Source of the DNA: a virus
IMG/VR virus record: IMGVR_UViG_3300034073_001700
Location: 56,143 to 120,142 of that record
Length of the DNA stretch: 64,000 nucleotides
Strand: one strand, 5' to 3'
This document shows, in pieces, positions 37,008 through 48,073 of the stretch. How positions within the stretch are numbered: position 1 is the stretch's first letter; every line of letters starts with the position of its first letter. The notes under the pieces were generated by a model. The model searched no databases. It saw only the letters and a list, made by a program, of their open reading frames with translations, and was not told the origin of the DNA. A program made the position numbers and the translations under genes.

Positions 37008-37952
37008 CTATTGTAGCATAGACAGTATTGATCTGTCAAACTGTAAGTCCAGTTCTTTTATTGACTTATCATCCATATCGCCTATATCTTTATATTTTTT
37101 ATCTATATTTATTACAGTAACCTGAGAGCCTAATCTTTCAACTATTTTATCTTTCATGTTACCGCCTGCTTCATCGTTATCAGCAATAATCATTATATCA
37201 CTGAAGTACTTTTGAAGCAAACCTATTTGTTTTGATGACACATTAGCGCCAAGGGTAGCGACTGCGGGTAGTCCAACTTGATCAAGTCTTATGGCATCAA
37301 ATGATGACTCTACAACATAAACACGACTTGCATTCTTAACACGATTTAAATTAAATAATAACTTTGACTTTGGAAGCCCTGGCGTATTTTTAAATTCTTT
37401 ACCCTCGATTGATCTTGCCACAAATCCAACGCAGAATCCTTCGTGATTGTGAACAGGGACAATAACCATATCTTGATTTTCAGAATATCCTAATTTAAAT
37501 TTTTCTATAGAACTTTTATTTATATTTCTTTTATTAAAATATTCTATGGCTCTTTGGTTTATGGTTGCCTGAGAATATAGTTTATTTACTATATTAACAT
37601 CAAACTCAGGCCACTCTTCTTTTTCAACTAACTTAGAAGTAATATCCGACACAATGTTTGTTTCTACTTCTTTACTTTTAATAAATCTAACAGACTCAAA
37701 ATACGTTCTATTAGAACAATGCATTACTAACTCTATTAAGTCTGCAGTATGGCTACAAGAAAAACAAAAGAACAAACCGCTATATTTATTTATTTCACCA
37801 GCAGGGGTTCTATGATTGGCATGGAATGGACAAAATACAATATACTCAGACTCTGCTTCTTTTTCTATATTTAAGCCAGATCCTGCGAGTACTCTTTTAA
37901 TTTGGCTGGCTGTATATGAATTGCCCTCGTTCCGTCTACTCCTAGTGTCCAT
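37008..37952 (-). CDS. dnaG: DNA primase
   Basis: CPFH..CFSC zinc finger; Toprim VVESSFD and DNDEAG. Confidence 0.9.
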   Translation of the reverse strand: MDTRSRRNEGNSYTASQIKRVLAGSGLNIEKEAESEYIVFCPFHANHRTPAGEINKYSGLFFCFSCSHTADLIELVMHCSNRTYFESVRFIKSKEVETNIVSDITSKLVEKEEWPEFDVNIVNKLYSQATINQRAIEYFNKRNINKSSIEKFKLGYSENQDMVIVPVHNHEGFCVGFVARSIEGKEFKNTPGLPKSKLLFNLNRVKNASRVYVVESSFDAIRLDQVGLPAVATLGANVSSKQIGLLQKYFSDIMIIADNDEAGGNMKDKIVERLGSQVTVINIDKKYKDIGDMDDKSIKELDLQFDRSILSMLQ

Positions 37953-38197
37953 TCGCTTTTCTTTCTCCCTATATATATTCCGTATATGCTTAGTATAAAG
38001 TTGTATGTATTATTTTTATCATTATATTCTATTGTAAATTGTGGATCAATGTCAAATCTTGGAACATACCCAGATAGGCGCATTTCAGATACAAGCAGTC
38101 TGATATATTCCTGCTGTAACCTGTATATGGCAGAGTCATCATTAATAACCCCGTCCAAACCAAACCTTTTTATAGGCTTGTGATGATATGCTTCCAT
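37871..38197 (-). CDS. hypothetical protein
   Basis: TATAAT-N7-ATG. Confidence 0.7.
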   Translation of the reverse strand: MEAYHHKPIKRFGLDGVINDDSAIYRLQQEYIRLLVSEMRLSGYVPRFDIDPQFTIEYNDKNNTYNFILSIYGIYIGRKKSEWTLGVDGTRAIHIQPAKLKEYSQDLA

Positions 38198-38205
38198 ACC
38201 GCATA

Positions 38206-39432
38206 TTATACTGTCTTATCTTCATAATCCTTATACCTATAGTATCCCTTGTCAAAATCAGCCTGAACCAAGAATTCTCCCATAAAACCGTTACGATTCT
38301 TTCTAAAAACGCACTCAATAATATCACTATTGGCCCCTCGACCAAGTGCCAATACCCAGTCAGCATCGTAGGCTATCTGCCTCGACCATGCGGTTTGACC
38401 AAGGGTTGGCACGGTCTCTAATTTAGTCACATCGTCAGGGGTAGCAGAAGAAATAGCAATAATAGGAACCTCTTCCGCAATAGCCATTAACTTTAATTCA
38501 CGAGATAGATTCTTCATACGAATAGTTTCATTATCAGACTTACTGTTTGGACTCATCAGTTGTAAATAATCAACAATAACAAAGTCTGGTTTATATTGAT
38601 CAATCTTTCCACGCAATACTAATGGAGTAATGTCTCCGCCAGTATCGTTTGAAATAATGTGGAACTCTGGCTTTCCTTGAACACTTTTAGTGTGCCAAGA
38701 TTTAAGCATATCCATTTCAACTTGACCAGCACTAAGTTTGCGGTGAGACCATACCCCTTCACCCATAATGGCAAACACACGGTTGCGAACTTCTACCTCA
38801 GACATTTCAAGACTTATGATCATTGGACTACGACCCTGTTTCCAGGCCTGTACAGCGAAATAGAGAGACAACCAAGACTTTCCTATGCCTGGGTATGCAA
38901 GGAATACTCCTAACTGCCCTGGCATGATTCCAGAGGGTAGGTAGTTATCAAAGCCTGGAAGTCCAGTCTTTATTCCTAATGCACCAGCCTCTTGTTGCTT
39001 CTTTAGGTTTTCAAAGTATGCAACAGCAGAGTCAAGATCTGTTACATCGATATCACGAATTGCTGCTGTATTTTTTCTCAGTTCTGCAGTCTTGCTAATT
39101 AAGGTTTCAAGAGCCTCCACACCAAGACCGCCCTGGACATCGGTAGCAGCAGATCGCAAAATATCCTTAAGGCTATTAACAAGATACTCCGCCTGTAACT
39201 CCTCAAGGTGATGTTTGGTTGAACCAACGCTGTCAGAAATCTCAAAATCTCTAAACTTTTCAACAACTAACTCTACTGGCGGAACCATAGAATTATGCTC
39301 GTAATATTTTCTAATGAATTGCCAAACATCTAAGTGTGTTTTTAGTATGCCTTCGACATTTGCCTGAAGCATAACATGGGCTTGCTTATCCTTAAGAACG
39401 GCTGAGATTAATTTTGATTCTGAATTATTCAC
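38206..39432 (-). CDS. dnaB: DnaB-like replicative helicase
   Basis: AYPGIGKS, SLEM, VDYLQLM, IAYDAD, KNRNG. Confidence 0.93.
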   Translation of the reverse strand: MNNSESKLISAVLKDKQAHVMLQANVEGILKTHLDVWQFIRKYYEHNSMVPPVELVVEKFRDFEISDSVGSTKHHLEELQAEYLVNSLKDILRSAATDVQGGLGVEALETLISKTAELRKNTAAIRDIDVTDLDSAVAYFENLKKQQEAGALGIKTGLPGFDNYLPSGIMPGQLGVFLAYPGIGKSWLSLYFAVQAWKQGRSPMIISLEMSEVEVRNRVFAIMGEGVWSHRKLSAGQVEMDMLKSWHTKSVQGKPEFHIISNDTGGDITPLVLRGKIDQYKPDFVIVDYLQLMSPNSKSDNETIRMKNLSRELKLMAIAEEVPIIAISSATPDDVTKLETVPTLGQTAWSRQIAYDADWVLALGRGANSDIIECVFRKNRNGFMGEFLVQADFDKGYYRYKDYEDKTV

Positions 39433-39733
39433 CTAGCCACTCCTTTGCTTTCAACCGTCTCTGCTGTCTTTCCCTTAAATCTTTTTCTTGTCTTTCTTTT
39501 GCCTCTAGTATAGCATTTGCAAAATAAACAAAATGCTTCCAATCTGGCGACTCTGCAACTTCAAAATAATATTCAACTAGTTCATAACATTTTTCAATGC
39601 CGTATGACTCTATAAGAGCGTCTGCCTTACTTTGCTCTACCCATTTGTTATATGTTGGATTTTGCCCTAGTTTAAACTTATAGTGTTTGTCAAACCTACT
39701 TAACAGAGCAAATCGCTGCTGTTTTTCTGCCAC
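39425..39733 (-). CDS. hypothetical protein
   Basis: ORF overlapping the helicase start. Confidence 0.7.
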   Translation of the reverse strand: MAEKQQRFALLSRFDKHYKFKLGQNPTYNKWVEQSKADALIESYGIEKCYELVEYYFEVAESPDWKHFVYFANAILEAKERQEKDLRERQQRRLKAKEWLGE

Positions 39734-39734
39734 A

Positions 39735-39941
39735 CTATTCGCTTTCTTCTAGTTCCGTTTTGGCTTCTGTGATTTTACTGGTTAGTTTTTCTTCAACAAA
39801 CTTGTATACACGCTCAAATGCTTGATCTGTATTTTCTCCATCACGCTTTGAGTCTGTTACCCCTAAGTCTAATCTAAGTGATTGGAAATTTCCAAGATTA
39901 AGTGTATATCCAAGTGATACAGATACTTTTGTATCTTCCAT
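39735..39941 (-). CDS. hypothetical protein
   Basis: GYTLNLGNFQSLRLD motif; start revised. Confidence 0.7.
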   Translation of the reverse strand: MEDTKVSVSLGYTLNLGNFQSLRLDLGVTDSKRDGENTDQAFERVYKFVEEKLTSKITEAKTELEESE

Positions 39942-39955
39942 TTCATACCCTTCTA

Positions 39956-40498
39956 CTAAATTGATTCCGACCAAATTGGTATAAATCTACCATCTTCAGT
40001 TCTCGTATATGTAAGTATACCATCTCCCATTCGTCTGGTCAACTCAGCCTTGCTGGGAGTAATATCATTTGTTATTAAATTATCTTTTCTTGGTCTACCA
40101 ATATGGTATGTTGCCAGTATATCACGAATGTCTCTGACTTGCGACTCTGAATAATAACTTCTTACCTGCCATCCCCTTGCCCCACCCTTTTGAGATCCAG
40201 TTGGAAATGGTATAATGCCACGCTTCATAAGTGATGGCATATATTTTTTATGACGGTTAACAAGATCTGCAGTTTCGCCAACTGTATACGCCCTTTCTCT
40301 TTTAGATTTAAAATCAGATACTAAACAACTTTCAAGTCTATCTTTTGTAATATTATAAACAGACATAATACCATTAGATCTATTTAGATGATGAACTCTT
40401 ACTAAGTCCCCGTTTAAAAACCAAACCTTTTTGTTACCAGGAATTACAGGGGCGAGATTGTACTCTTCGCTCGTTCTATTTCCTTTACGAGTAGCCAT
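39956..40498 (-). CDS. MerR-like HTH DNA-binding protein
   Basis: YTVGETADLVNRH...GIIP...RSYYSESQV. Confidence 0.7.
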   Translation of the reverse strand: MATRKGNRTSEEYNLAPVIPGNKKVWFLNGDLVRVHHLNRSNGIMSVYNITKDRLESCLVSDFKSKRERAYTVGETADLVNRHKKYMPSLMKRGIIPFPTGSQKGGARGWQVRSYYSESQVRDIRDILATYHIGRPRKDNLITNDITPSKAELTRRMGDGILTYTRTEDGRFIPIWSESI

Positions 40499-40635
40499 CT
40501 ACCTTCCTCCGAATCTGAGGGTGGATGTAAAAACCTCCTTGAGCCACAAATCAAACAATATAACTCTAGATGAGAAACTGAGTTGTAAACTCTGTCTACT
40601 AGCATATTTCGAGAACATTTTTTGCATTTTATCAT
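40444..40635 (-). CDS. Zn-ribbon protein
   Basis: CKKC...CLICG. Confidence 0.7.
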   Translation of the reverse strand: MIKCKKCSRNMLVDRVYNSVSHLELYCLICGSRRFLHPPSDSEEGRWLLVKEIERAKSTISPL

Positions 40636-41081
40636 TAAAGCGGTATGCCGATGACCAAGATATTAACTGCTACTGATAGATTACCAGTTTCATTAAATCT
40701 TACTAGCCCTTCGACTCTTGATGTTCCAACGCTTTTTAAAACTACTGAAACATTTTCACCTGCAGGTGTTTGACCTATGTTTTCTGGTGTAGCAATTGCA
40801 ATTGGTCTAAACTTAAATTCTGCTGGGTAAACATACTCAAAGGGTTCTTCGTCTCCAATATTTTTTGAAGAATTAGTAACAACCATCTTATAGGCACCAA
40901 TTATTCGGGCCTCAGACGCTTTCACAGACTGTCTGTCTGCACCTGGTACATCTATTGTGACATACTTAGATGATGAAGGAGATATTTGCTGGGCCATATC
41001 ATTAATTGCATTAGCCATAGCAAACATATAATTCACATCTAGAGGCTGCCCTCTTTCTGGTAGTGGTACTCTCGCCATCAT
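40635..41081 (-). CDS. virion/tail-associated protein (putative)
   Basis: End of the tail module; GGAGG RBS; TGGTATAAT. Confidence 0.55.
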   Translation of the reverse strand: MMARVPLPERGQPLDVNYMFAMANAINDMAQQISPSSSKYVTIDVPGADRQSVKASEARIIGAYKMVVTNSSKNIGDEEPFEYVYPAEFKFRPIAIATPENIGQTPAGENVSVVLKSVGTSRVEGLVRFNETGNLSVAVNILVIGIPL

Positions 41082-41094
41082 TCCTCCTGTATAA

Positions 41095-41520
41095 TTATAC
41101 CAAACTTAAACTTCCAGTATAAATAGTATTAGAATCTTTTCTTTCTTTAAAGATTCCTCCTATTTGTATGGCTATGTATATGGTATTTGTTCCTTGATTT
41201 ATAATAGAATAGTTATTTGATGATGAAGATCCGTGATATGTATAATCTTCTTGATCATCATATTTTACAAAAATATCGTAAGAAGATATATCCTGAACGC
41301 TGTCCCAAGCCAACATAATTATAGACTCTACCTTTTGAATTACTGCGTTTACTGTTGGCAATTCTTTTCCTATAACCCTATATATTGGAGACCAGTGTGA
41401 GTATCTATTTTTATCCTGCGAGGCAATTCTATAACGAACTAAATATTCTCTATTTTTGCCTGCTGGAGGAAGTGAAGATTTTGTGATAATTACTTTTTTA
41501 ATTCCCTGATCAGACATCAT
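41095..41520 (-). CDS. minor tail protein (FN3-like)
   Basis: Beta-rich, YLVRYR...SHWSP; position in the tail module. Confidence 0.55.
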   Translation of the reverse strand: MMSDQGIKKVIITKSSLPPAGKNREYLVRYRIASQDKNRYSHWSPIYRVIGKELPTVNAVIQKVESIIMLAWDSVQDISSYDIFVKYDDQEDYTYHGSSSSNNYSIINQGTNTIYIAIQIGGIFKERKDSNTIYTGSLSLV

Positions 41521-42661
41521 TAACTCCCATGGCAAACCTAAACTCTATGTAACTGGTGCTGTTAGAAGACTTAATAATAGTTTCAGCATCATTATTTTTA
41601 ATAACTGTATAGCCAACAAGACCATAAAGGGGGTTGACAGATGTTACATTTTCAAGTCTAATTGCATCAAAACAAATATAAAAATCGTCTGATAAATTAT
41701 CATCTTTAATAATAGACGTATACACCTTCACGGTATTTACTGCTGACCAGTCAAAACCAGATGTGCTCTTTCTAAGTTCCTGTAACTCTTTAGTTATAAC
41801 TATATATCTATTTGATTCAAAATCATAATTATCAAGTATTACCTCAAGCCTAGCCCATTGGCCTGACTCATATGTATCACTATCAGAAAACTCTATTAAA
41901 ATATAAACCTTGTCTGGATTTATTGGAGATATGTCAGCCTTATTTTTATTGACTACAGAAAATGCCAACTTCATTTGATCGGTTGGGGCATTCTTACTTA
42001 GCGACATACTGGTTCCAGTTATTCCAACATAATTACTTCCAGGGTTTGCCTTTAATCTAGTTATACCATTTATAACTTCTGTAGAAATATTTGACATCGC
42101 CCCATTGGTAATAATTATATTATTTAAAAACCTACACCGTTCATATCTTGCAACTCGTTCTGGGTTGGTAAAAATTCTATTATTTGCGTTTGTTTGAAAT
42201 GCCATTATGTCATTTTCTTCGCTATCCTTAACATATATCTCACCACTAGAACCGCCAGTATCAAGTGGGGCGTATTTAGATTCTAGAACTGTTTGATTAT
42301 TATATTGCCAGTTCTCTGCCTCTGAAAATGAAAATAAAGTCTTGCTATCATATGCCCCAGCAGTTGGATTTGCTCCTGCCGAATAAACTCCTATTTCACT
42401 AATCTCATATCTTTCTTCGGTTGGTAATTCTGCCGTAAGCACTACTTTGGCTGTACCGTCGTCATCTTTAACAAAGCCTCGTGAAGTTATTGGAACTCTA
42501 AACATTTCAAAATCTAATGTCTTTTTTTCAGAGTAGTCTGCAAACTCTTGATCAGGTGCCAGTGGTGTTGGCCCACATCCTACAGCAATGAATGAAGCAT
42601 ATGCTGGTGACTGTCCGACCAGGTATTTGGCAATTATCGTTTTCCCACTGTTAGTTATCAT
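41510..42661 (-). CDS. minor tail protein
   Basis: MITNSGK..IAKYL, ELP..ERYEISEIG; position. Confidence 0.7.
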   Translation of the reverse strand: MITNSGKTIIAKYLVGQSPAYASFIAVGCGPTPLAPDQEFADYSEKKTLDFEMFRVPITSRGFVKDDDGTAKVVLTAELPTEERYEISEIGVYSAGANPTAGAYDSKTLFSFSEAENWQYNNQTVLESKYAPLDTGGSSGEIYVKDSEENDIMAFQTNANNRIFTNPERVARYERCRFLNNIIITNGAMSNISTEVINGITRLKANPGSNYVGITGTSMSLSKNAPTDQMKLAFSVVNKNKADISPINPDKVYILIEFSDSDTYESGQWARLEVILDNYDFESNRYIVITKELQELRKSTSGFDWSAVNTVKVYTSIIKDDNLSDDFYICFDAIRLENVTSVNPLYGLVGYTVIKNNDAETIIKSSNSTSYIEFRFAMGVNDV

Positions 42662-42663
42662 AT

Positions 42664-43185
42664 TTATTCCACCTCGTATATTGTATCACTAAGAACAATC
42701 CCCTGCTGAAGTATTTGTACCTCTACCTGCTCTTCTTTACCCATGTTAATAACATTGATAATAATGCTTCCGTCTACTGGATCACAGTATACTGTCTTAC
42801 AGTTTGGGATTTCTTCTCCATCAATAATAACATAACCAGTACCACAGTCTGGAACCTTGTCCCCAAGTTTTATTGGAAAGTTTCTAAAATACGATTCGGA
42901 GGTTTTTTGAAGGGCTAGTATATTCTGAGGGTTATATTGAAAGAATATAGAACTTAAATTTTTAATTGGCTTATAAATAACATCCTGACCATTAATTAAA
43001 TCATTTCTAGAAATATTAATAAGTTCATGGCCACCAATATCTTCAAAAACCAGGTCTGTCATTATTTCTATTGGAACAGACTCATTTGGCATTAATATTA
43101 GATCTGGTGTTGCTATCCTGATAGCAGGCATAGTTGATGACTGCCTTAGCGGTTCTGGTAATTGTGGGGTTGAACTAACCGACAT
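42664..43185 (-). CDS. minor tail protein (putative)
   Basis: Position in the tail operon. Confidence 0.55.
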   Translation of the reverse strand: MSVSSTPQLPEPLRQSSTMPAIRIATPDLILMPNESVPIEIMTDLVFEDIGGHELINISRNDLINGQDVIYKPIKNLSSIFFQYNPQNILALQKTSESYFRNFPIKLGDKVPDCGTGYVIIDGEEIPNCKTVYCDPVDGSIIINVINMGKEEQVEVQILQQGIVLSDTIYEVE

Positions 43186-46100
43186 TACAACACCTCGCTT
43201 AAATAAAGAGTCATACTAGGACCACTTATATCTTTGGAATAATCAATATAATATACAACATATCTGGTATTTTCTACCTTTTCAATATCATCTTTTACAT
43301 ACTTAATAGAAACCAGATCGCCTAACTGTATTGTAGGATTGTTAAATATTTTTACCCCTACCGCTTTTCTTGGCTTGCTGATTTTACCGATTAACCATTT
43401 CATTAAACTGTTTGCGTCATCTTGTGTCTGTACGTATGTTGTGTTTATAGAAAAATCTTTTCTACCATACGTCATTCTACTTAACTTAATGTCCTCATAG
43501 TCTTTCTTTATCTTGAATGGTGAGACAATCACATTAGAACCCTCTATGACTGGATCAGACAAAGAACTATTCTTAATAAAATAATCATCAACAGTTAATT
43601 CATTAGTAGACTGTTGCGTAAATGTAACTCCCTGTATTCTTAAATAGTTTCCAGTTGTTTCGTCTAAACTTAAGGCTGTATCTGTAGCATTGAATATTAA
43701 AAATTCTGCGCCATACGATCCTGCCCTAAAGCCAGAAACTGTATAGCCTTTTATTCTGTTAAATGTTGGAGATAGTTTTGCGTATAAGGCTGGGTATGCT
43801 TTATCATATTTAATGTTAAAGGTTGCAGCCTCTCTCATGATAGTGCCAAACTCTTCAAAATAAATATTATATTTGGGTGGCTCCGAACTACTAATTCCAG
43901 ACAAATAGGTTCCCTGAACTACACCGCTCATTGCATATTTACGGAAAGATTCTGTTGCATCTATTTCATCGTCAAAGATTGAGTTAACTGGAGTGTTCAA
44001 GGCAAACTGTGTATTTTGGCTATAGTTGTTGGCAAGTGCATATATGTTTTCAAACATAACTCTTGAAGATCCTCTTACAAACAAGGCCATATTGTTGTAT
44101 GCTGGCAGTGGGTCTTGATCTACTACTGTAGTAAGCAGAGCACCATTCATATAAAGATGAAATCTTCTAGCACTACCTATATCCTCATACTCAATTCCGA
44201 TATCGTATACAGTTGGATTTTGCTCTGCAACCATCCTATATTGTCCAGTAAACTTGCCATCATCTACAATGATATTTCCTAGACCCTCCCATATTTTTAC
44301 TGGAATTGCATCTGAGGAGGCAGAGTCTTTTTTAATTTTATAAAACATAACATTATGAACATTTTGTTTTTCTAGCATTGTAATATTGGCGCTGCCCAAT
44401 GTACTAAGTTCAAGATAGTATCCATTGTTAGTTTCTGGGTTAATCATTACAGCCAATCCGCCACCGCCACCAGATATAGTAATATCTTTATCTGGGGTTA
44501 GTCCTGGAACAACAAAATAATTTGTACTTCCATTTGCTGTCTGACCTCTACTAAATCCATTTTCAATTCTTCCAATAATTCTCATCCGTGTACCAAAATG
44601 TTTATATCTATTGTCTAATGACTTATAAAGATATGACACAAAGTCTCTTGGCTTATCTGTTGCAGAAAAAGATGGACCCTGCATAACCAAAGCAGAAGAC
44701 TGTATAGTTCCAGGTTTTGTTTGCTTAAAATTGTTTACGTCAGACTCTGCATTATATGTAGATGACATAAAGTTTCTAATAACTCCAGTTCGTGTAGTTT
44801 TTTTGGCAAGTTCATTATTTGATCCTGCCAAACCAACAACAGTTGATGGGGCTTCTTGATTGTTCTCAAACAAATATTTTGATTGCATCATACATCCACG
44901 CATGTTGTTGTTATCTACCCAATATTCAGACAGACCAGCACTATGTAATGCTATAGAGGTACCGAACTGTGCTCTACCATGAACTGCTACTGGACCGTTT
45001 TTTAATTTTAAAAATCCATTAACTTCTTCATAATTTGGCTCAGAGTATATTCTTACTAATCCTGTTGGATATATTTTTCCATTAAACGGCAGGCTTGAAA
45101 AATAATATTGATACTCTTGATTGCTGCTAATCCATACATTACCTACACCAGATACATTAAACTGTACTGCATCATATTTAATAATTTCTCCATTGGAATA
45201 AAAGTATCCATTATATCTTGCTATCCAATAAATACCCTCGCCGAAATCAATAACATTATTAATTACTTCTCTGTTAACAACTTCTGGAAGTGTTGCTGTA
45301 AGATCAGAGTTAAGGGGTATTGCAGATAAAGTATAACTAGACTGTGTTGATGTTTCTCCGTTAATAGACTTTGTATTTTCAGTTCCAGTTACCTCCCATA
45401 GAAGCACAGGCTTATATATCCAAGACCTATCCATGTCTATTAGACTTGCCTGCTTTATTGTTCCAACAGATCTTTGAATGTATTTTTCCGAATAATTTAT
45501 TTTGCCGTCATTATAAACTTTATTTTCTTGAGAAGATATTTCAATAATATTAGGCATTACATCAGACTCAGATTCTTTTTCATTGCCAGATATTACAAGA
45601 TCCGTAGCCCTTTGATCTTCTGTAGGCATCATATAGTCTTTACTCATCATGACAAAGTTATTGTACTCATCAAAAAACATTGCTGTTTGTGAAGAAATAG
45701 CAAGGTCTTGTAATACTTCTGCAACGCTAGTGTCTGGCTCTACATGAAAGAATGGAATAATTAATTCTGTTTCACCCTCTACTCTTTTAAATACATAATT
45801 AGAAAATCCAATAGAGTCTAATAGCATTGATACTGCAGAACTTAGAGAAACGCTAGTCATTAGTGTTTGTGGCGCTGTTATATTTTCAAAGTAAAAGAAC
45901 ATATCTCTTAACTCTAAAGCAACTGTTTGCTCTGTATTGTTTATATCTGGAAACGAGTCCGAATACAAAGTTTTAAGTGGAACATAGTAATCCCAACCAT
46001 CTACATTAAAAATAATGTCATAAAATTTAAACTGAATGTGTTTATCAATTAAATTTTTAATAATACTGTTTTCATTATTATTATTGAATGCGTCATCGTA

Positions 46101-47438
46101 ATCAAATATTGTTAAGGACCCTGTTGAGGCTAGTAATTGTCCAACTGGCATTCCGCTTACCCCAAGATCTGATGCATTTTTCTTTAATGAAAAATCACGT
46201 ACCTTATCCGATATATCTGCACATAATCTTGGCGATATCTCAATTAAGTCAAATGTACAGTTTGGCTTATTCATAGTATCTACAACAAGCCTAATTCCTT
46301 TTATTTTTTCAAACTCTCTATACTTGTAAGAATTATTAATACCAGTAAATTTAGCAGGGTTTGTCATATCTTTAACAAAGTTAGTTAGTCTGTCTACCTC
46401 TGCTTCTTCTAAATACCAGCCGTAATCTGGGGTAAAGGTTCTGTAATCATTGATCTCATCTAGCCATATGTAAAAGGTACCAATGTCATTTTCGTTTTCA
46501 GTAATCAAATAGGAATATCCGTTCAATGCTTTTTCTGGAAGCAGGGTGTCAGAGGCGTACTGTTCTGCAAATATAAATATATCTCTGTATTGTTTAGGAA
46601 CCTTTAGCCCATATGATATTTCAACGTATCCATCAGGACCTATGATAGGAGTACCGTCGCTTCTTGTAGAAGACTGTGTAAATGAAACAATGTCTGACCA
46701 AGAGTTATTTTTAAGAGCCTGTATCTTCCACCTTACTGGAGTAGCCTTTTTTGAATCTCCGTAAAACGGATCTGAAATTGATTGAGAAGCAGAAGAGAAA
46801 GTTCCTAAATCTTTGTTTCCCACGTGAGTTTGCATTTTAACAATAATTCGATTAGCGGCAACTTCTTCATTGTAAACTATAAATGGCGCTGTATCTTCTA
46901 TTGCATTCTCTCCGTTTTTAGGAATAGAAATTCCATACTCAATTCCTTCCTCAGTTCTAAATGAGGTCCAGTATTTAAAATAATCTTTTTTATCTGGCAT
47001 ATAGTATCTTGGTCTATTAGCCATATTAATATTTGGATGATGTAAATAGTTGCCTGGAAGATATCTTGCTTTATTAATTCCAGATCTTGGTCTAAACATC
47101 TTAAAACAATCTTCTAAAGAATAAAGCATTTTTAATTTTTCTTTATTTTGTTTTAGGGTTACTGGCAGCCCGTCATCATCGAATCCTCCATCTATCACTA
47201 CATCAGAGTCTGTTGCGTTAAAATAAAAAGGAATAAGGGTATCTTTATTTTCCAACGGGTCGAAGGTTGATGGTATTATTTTGTAAAGAGAATCATTTTG
47301 AGTTGGTCTATATCTATAGTTTCCAATCTTAAATATATTAGTTGGAGAGTTTAAATTCCATTCTGCTATAACGGCTGTCTTGGTTTTTACTACAGATGCG
47401 GACTCTAAATGTTTTTTAAGATCTTCGTCTTGAAACAT
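43185..47438 (-). CDS. large minor tail / tail-tip hub protein
   Basis: ~1400 aa downstream of the TMP; FFDEYNNFV and P.IQLGD motifs; start revised to 47438. Confidence 0.8.
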   Translation of the reverse strand: MFQDEDLKKHLESASVVKTKTAVIAEWNLNSPTNIFKIGNYRYRPTQNDSLYKIIPSTFDPLENKDTLIPFYFNATDSDVVIDGGFDDDGLPVTLKQNKEKLKMLYSLEDCFKMFRPRSGINKARYLPGNYLHHPNINMANRPRYYMPDKKDYFKYWTSFRTEEGIEYGISIPKNGENAIEDTAPFIVYNEEVAANRIIVKMQTHVGNKDLGTFSSASQSISDPFYGDSKKATPVRWKIQALKNNSWSDIVSFTQSSTRSDGTPIIGPDGYVEISYGLKVPKQYRDIFIFAEQYASDTLLPEKALNGYSYLITENENDIGTFYIWLDEINDYRTFTPDYGWYLEEAEVDRLTNFVKDMTNPAKFTGINNSYKYREFEKIKGIRLVVDTMNKPNCTFDLIEISPRLCADISDKVRDFSLKKNASDLGVSGMPVGQLLASTGSLTIFDYDDAFNNNNENSIIKNLIDKHIQFKFYDIIFNVDGWDYYVPLKTLYSDSFPDINNTEQTVALELRDMFFYFENITAPQTLMTSVSLSSAVSMLLDSIGFSNYVFKRVEGETELIIPFFHVEPDTSVAEVLQDLAISSQTAMFFDEYNNFVMMSKDYMMPTEDQRATDLVISGNEKESESDVMPNIIEISSQENKVYNDGKINYSEKYIQRSVGTIKQASLIDMDRSWIYKPVLLWEVTGTENTKSINGETSTQSSYTLSAIPLNSDLTATLPEVVNREVINNVIDFGEGIYWIARYNGYFYSNGEIIKYDAVQFNVSGVGNVWISSNQEYQYYFSSLPFNGKIYPTGLVRIYSEPNYEEVNGFLKLKNGPVAVHGRAQFGTSIALHSAGLSEYWVDNNNMRGCMMQSKYLFENNQEAPSTVVGLAGSNNELAKKTTRTGVIRNFMSSTYNAESDVNNFKQTKPGTIQSSALVMQGPSFSATDKPRDFVSYLYKSLDNRYKHFGTRMRIIGRIENGFSRGQTANGSTNYFVVPGLTPDKDITISGGGGGLAVMINPETNNGYYLELSTLGSANITMLEKQNVHNVMFYKIKKDSASSDAIPVKIWEGLGNIIVDDGKFTGQYRMVAEQNPTVYDIGIEYEDIGSARRFHLYMNGALLTTVVDQDPLPAYNNMALFVRGSSRVMFENIYALANNYSQNTQFALNTPVNSIFDDEIDATESFRKYAMSGVVQGTYLSGISSSEPPKYNIYFEEFGTIMREAATFNIKYDKAYPALYAKLSPTFNRIKGYTVSGFRAGSYGAEFLIFNATDTALSLDETTGNYLRIQGVTFTQQSTNELTVDDYFIKNSSLSDPVIEGSNVIVSPFKIKKDYEDIKLSRMTYGRKDFSINTTYVQTQDDANSLMKWLIGKISKPRKAVGVKIFNNPTIQLGDLVSIKYVKDDIEKVENTRYVVYYIDYSKDISGPSMTLYLSEVL

Positions 47439-48073
47439 TATGCCTCTTCCAAACTTATAGATATGTCCCAAAAATCGAATGTACTTCCACCACGCCTATT
47501 AACAGAATAAGAAAAGTCAGCAAAAAATACTTCTACCAATTGATTATATTGTGGTAGATGTGCATAGGCAGAATCGTCTTTTCCAAATACTGAATATTTA
47601 TCATATGCTAGATAACACCAGAATGAGCCCTGATGGTTTTCATACCAATCTAATACTTCTACGCCTCCCGCTCCACCATCACTTGTATACTGCTGTGTTG
47701 GATCCGTAAACTGCGGTTTTCCGTTAGAGTCAAAATCACCAGACAAAGGAAAGGCTCTTGATGGCAAATTGTTGTACGAAAGAGATATTTGTAATTTATC
47801 TGCAATATGGTAAGACCTCATTCGTCCATTAATCATTCTTTCTCTTTTTTCAATTCTATTAATGCCAAACTCTATTGGAGATCTATTGTCATCAGATAAT
47901 ACTAAGAACTGATCTATATTTGCTGGATCTGTTTCAGAACCAGGGTTAGCATTAATCTCAAGTCCGTTAGGTATATACAAACCATTTTCTAGTTTGCCAG
48001 GATTTTCTGCCCATAGCATTGCCTGAGGTCTTTGATATTTTTTACGACCAATCATATATGTGCTAGTTGCCAT
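47438..48073 (-). CDS. distal tail protein-like
   Basis: Immediately after the TMP; RMINGRMRSY...WDISISLEE. Confidence 0.65.
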   Translation of the reverse strand: MATSTYMIGRKKYQRPQAMLWAENPGKLENGLYIPNGLEINANPGSETDPANIDQFLVLSDDNRSPIEFGINRIEKRERMINGRMRSYHIADKLQISLSYNNLPSRAFPLSGDFDSNGKPQFTDPTQQYTSDGGAGGVEVLDWYENHQGSFWCYLAYDKYSVFGKDDSAYAHLPQYNQLVEVFFADFSYSVNRRGGSTFDFWDISISLEEA